This document shows, one piece after another, positions 61,972 to 64,000 of a stretch of DNA of 64,000 bases. Both the position numbers and the translations under genes were made by a program. Position 1 is the stretch's first letter. Each line of letters starts with the position of its first letter. The notes under the pieces were generated by a model that was not told the DNA's origin, made no database searches, and saw only the letters and a list, made by a program, of their open reading frames with translations. The stretch lies in assembly GCA_013265495.1 (NCBI GenBank), contig MU058687.1:1-64000 (forward strand), written 5' to 3'. The DNA is from Vicugna vicugna (lineage: Eukaryota).

Positions 61972-62202
61972 CTAGAAATAATCACCTTTCCTTCCAGGGG
62001 AAGATGGCATGACCCTGGAAAATACTTTTGCGTTGTTAGGCAGCTGGAGATCTTGGTTTTCAGATCCAAATGGTCCCATTGCAATCCTCTTTTCCCGGGC
62101 AGTGCGTAAATCTTTGACAAGTGATGAGTGACCTCTGCTTCTTGTATTTAGGCCCAGGGCTGGACTCTGTGACCAGGGATTTGGCGTGCGGGGCCTCACA
62201 GG
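61972..62202 (-). CDS. HEATR4: Terminal coding exon of HEAT repeat-containing protein 4 (76 aa plus stop)
   Basis: Acceptor TTTGCCTGCAG| then PVRPRTPNPWSQSPALGLNTRSRGHSSLVKDLRTAREKRIAMGPFGSE...SSPGRKGDYF*. Resembles the human HEATR4 C-terminus as I recall it (PNPW...SSLVKDLRT..EKRIA.GPF). Position and strand relative to NUMB fit human synteny. Confidence 0.8.
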   Translation of the reverse strand, partial: PVRPRTPNPWSQSPALGLNTRSRGHSSLVKDLRTAREKRIAMGPFGSENQDLQLPNNAKVFSRVMPSSPGRKGDYF

Positions 62203-63569
62203 CTGCAGGCAAATATTAACATGTGAGTACATATGCCAAACATGTGGTCTTATGTGATAGGTAGATCTAAAGAGAAAGCCTCTTCAGCCATAGTTTATCA
62301 GAATAGCTCTATGAACTACTGTAATAAATAAGAAAATATAATCTCTGAGTTCAAGACCTGCCTCCTTTGACCCCAGTCAGAAGCCTAATGTGGAAAACAT
62401 GCCTGAATTGCCCACCCAAGGCTTGGACATCTACCTGGTGATCTTTGGGGTCAGCCTGTGTTTTCTGTCTTTATTATTATATAGAAGTAGCAGCAACTAT
62501 GGAAACTCTTGTAGCTATGACTAAGGAGTCTTATTCCTGGGATGTGCGGAGGTGGATTCACTCAGGTGAACAGCCCCTGGGAACACAGCACTGCTCTATT
62601 TTCACCCTATAAACCAGTGTAATGATGGCCAGGGTTGAGCTGGTGCCTAGGTTACAGTGTTCCTAGGAGTCTAGGTGGTTCTAATATCAATATAGGTTTC
62701 TGTTTTGCTTTATGGAATATAAGACAGATATCCATCTTATTCTCAAATGAATTCTTAGCTTAGGGCCAAAGTACAAATGGAAATTCATTTATTAAATGTC
62801 TAAATGTTTAAATGTTATGAATCGAGCTAACCAACTGTTAAAATAAAATACATTCTATCACCTACCTTGACAAAAAGACCAGGTTTGAATTTGGAATTGT
62901 TACATTATTCAGAGTTCCCTGCTAGAATGTGGTGGTGCAGGAAAACTGCATTATAAATAAATTCACAATACATTTTTCCTTTGTGATAGGAATCAAGCAG
63001 AAAAGAATAAATCAGAATTGTGTATTTATGGGGAGCAAACCTGTAGTTGGTACTACAAATGGTGAATTTGTTTTCGTGTATGTATCTATCTTCCTCTTTC
63101 ATTAAATAAATAGGAAAATTTTATTATGATGTCTAATGAATTTAATGGGATTATTCCTGATTTTCACATACTTGATTATTCTTCAATTAATCTCAAAAGC
63201 CTAACCCCAGAGTTTGATATTTACTTACATATTTGCAGAAAGAACACCATGCCTTATATAATATTTCTTATTTCACAAATAACTTATAATTTCAGCTATA
63301 TATTATATTGTATTATTGCTATTTAATAAGAACTAGCAGATTATTTGTCATCTTGTTTTTGATTAATTAAAAAATTGGATAAATCAATTATGATGGGCCA
63401 TATCAGTTTAATTTTGACTTTCAAAATGTATTCCTCTGTTTCTCAGTTTTAATTATTTTATTTAATTCTTTTATTAAAATATATTTATTTATTTTATTAT
63501 AACATATTTAATTATTTTATTATAATATTCTTTTAATATTATACTTGAAATGAAAAATGAAGTCATGAT

Positions 63570-64000
63570 AAAAAGTAAGTCTCACTTGCATATGAATATT
63601 TGTAGCAGCTTTCTTTATCATCACTAAAAACTAGAATCAACCTTCAGGAGGTAAATGGAAAAACAAACTGTGGTCAATCTATATGACGAAATATTATTCA
63701 CAGATAAGAAACAAGTTACCAAGTCATAAAAAGACATGAGTGAACCTCCTTGAATGTGTATTGCTAGGTGAAAGAAATTAGCCTGAAAAGGCTACATAGA
63801 TGTTTTTAATTATGACATTCTGGAAAAGGAAAAACTAGAGATAATAAAAAGATCATTAATTTTCAGGTGTTTGGGGGAGGAGGAGAGGATGAAAAAGAGG
63901 AAACACAGATTTTTAGGGTGGTTAAACTATTCTGTATGATACTGAAATGGTAGGTACATGTCATTACATATTTGTTAAAACCCATAGAACCACACAGCAC
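63570..64000 (+). mobile_element. Old L1MC-like 3'UTR, runs off the window
   Basis: aagtcataaaaagacatgagtgaacct...gaaaaggctac...atgacattctggaaaagg...tattctgtatgatact; homologous to 2373-2913. Confidence 0.8.

Noticed and set aside
62866..62920. Penultimate HEATR4 exon suggested by the donor AAG|GTAGGT at 62865
   Set aside because: The frame required to join the terminal exon has an in-frame TAA at 62905-62907, and the peptide does not resemble what I recall preceding the terminal exon.
1..64000. CRISPR arrays, operons or other prokaryotic systems
   Set aside because: The sequence is clearly mammalian, and no regularly spaced repeat-spacer array is present.

Overview
Mammalian genomic DNA, most likely camelid, since six tRNA-derived SINEs match the camelid Vic-1 pattern. 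It is AT-rich and dominated by interspersed repeats. A CpG island at about 40.4-41.7 kb holds a CCAAT-box promoter and a non-coding first exon on the minus strand, which I recognise from memory as the NUMB 5'UTR; positions 1-41299 are then NUMB intron 1. At 61972-62202 (minus) is a spliced terminal coding exon resembling the HEATR4 C-terminus, matching the human order HEATR4 then NUMB. Both gene names rest on recalled sequence plus synteny, not a database search. The most unusual feature is a pair of same-orientation, ORF1-only L1 derivatives (HAL1-like: 5'UTR + ORF1 + inverted ORF2 pieces) 55,615 bp apart, bracketing the NUMB promoter and exon 1. The right copy is a complete retrotransposition product with a 16-bp TSD and a poly(A) tail. 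The two copies are about 99.9% identical over 1.49 kb, then abruptly about 6% diverged, which suggests recent non-allelic gene conversion or an assembly collapse. Nearly all ORFs in the supplied track are L1 remnants or chance ORFs. Subfamily names of old repeats are by-eye assignments.
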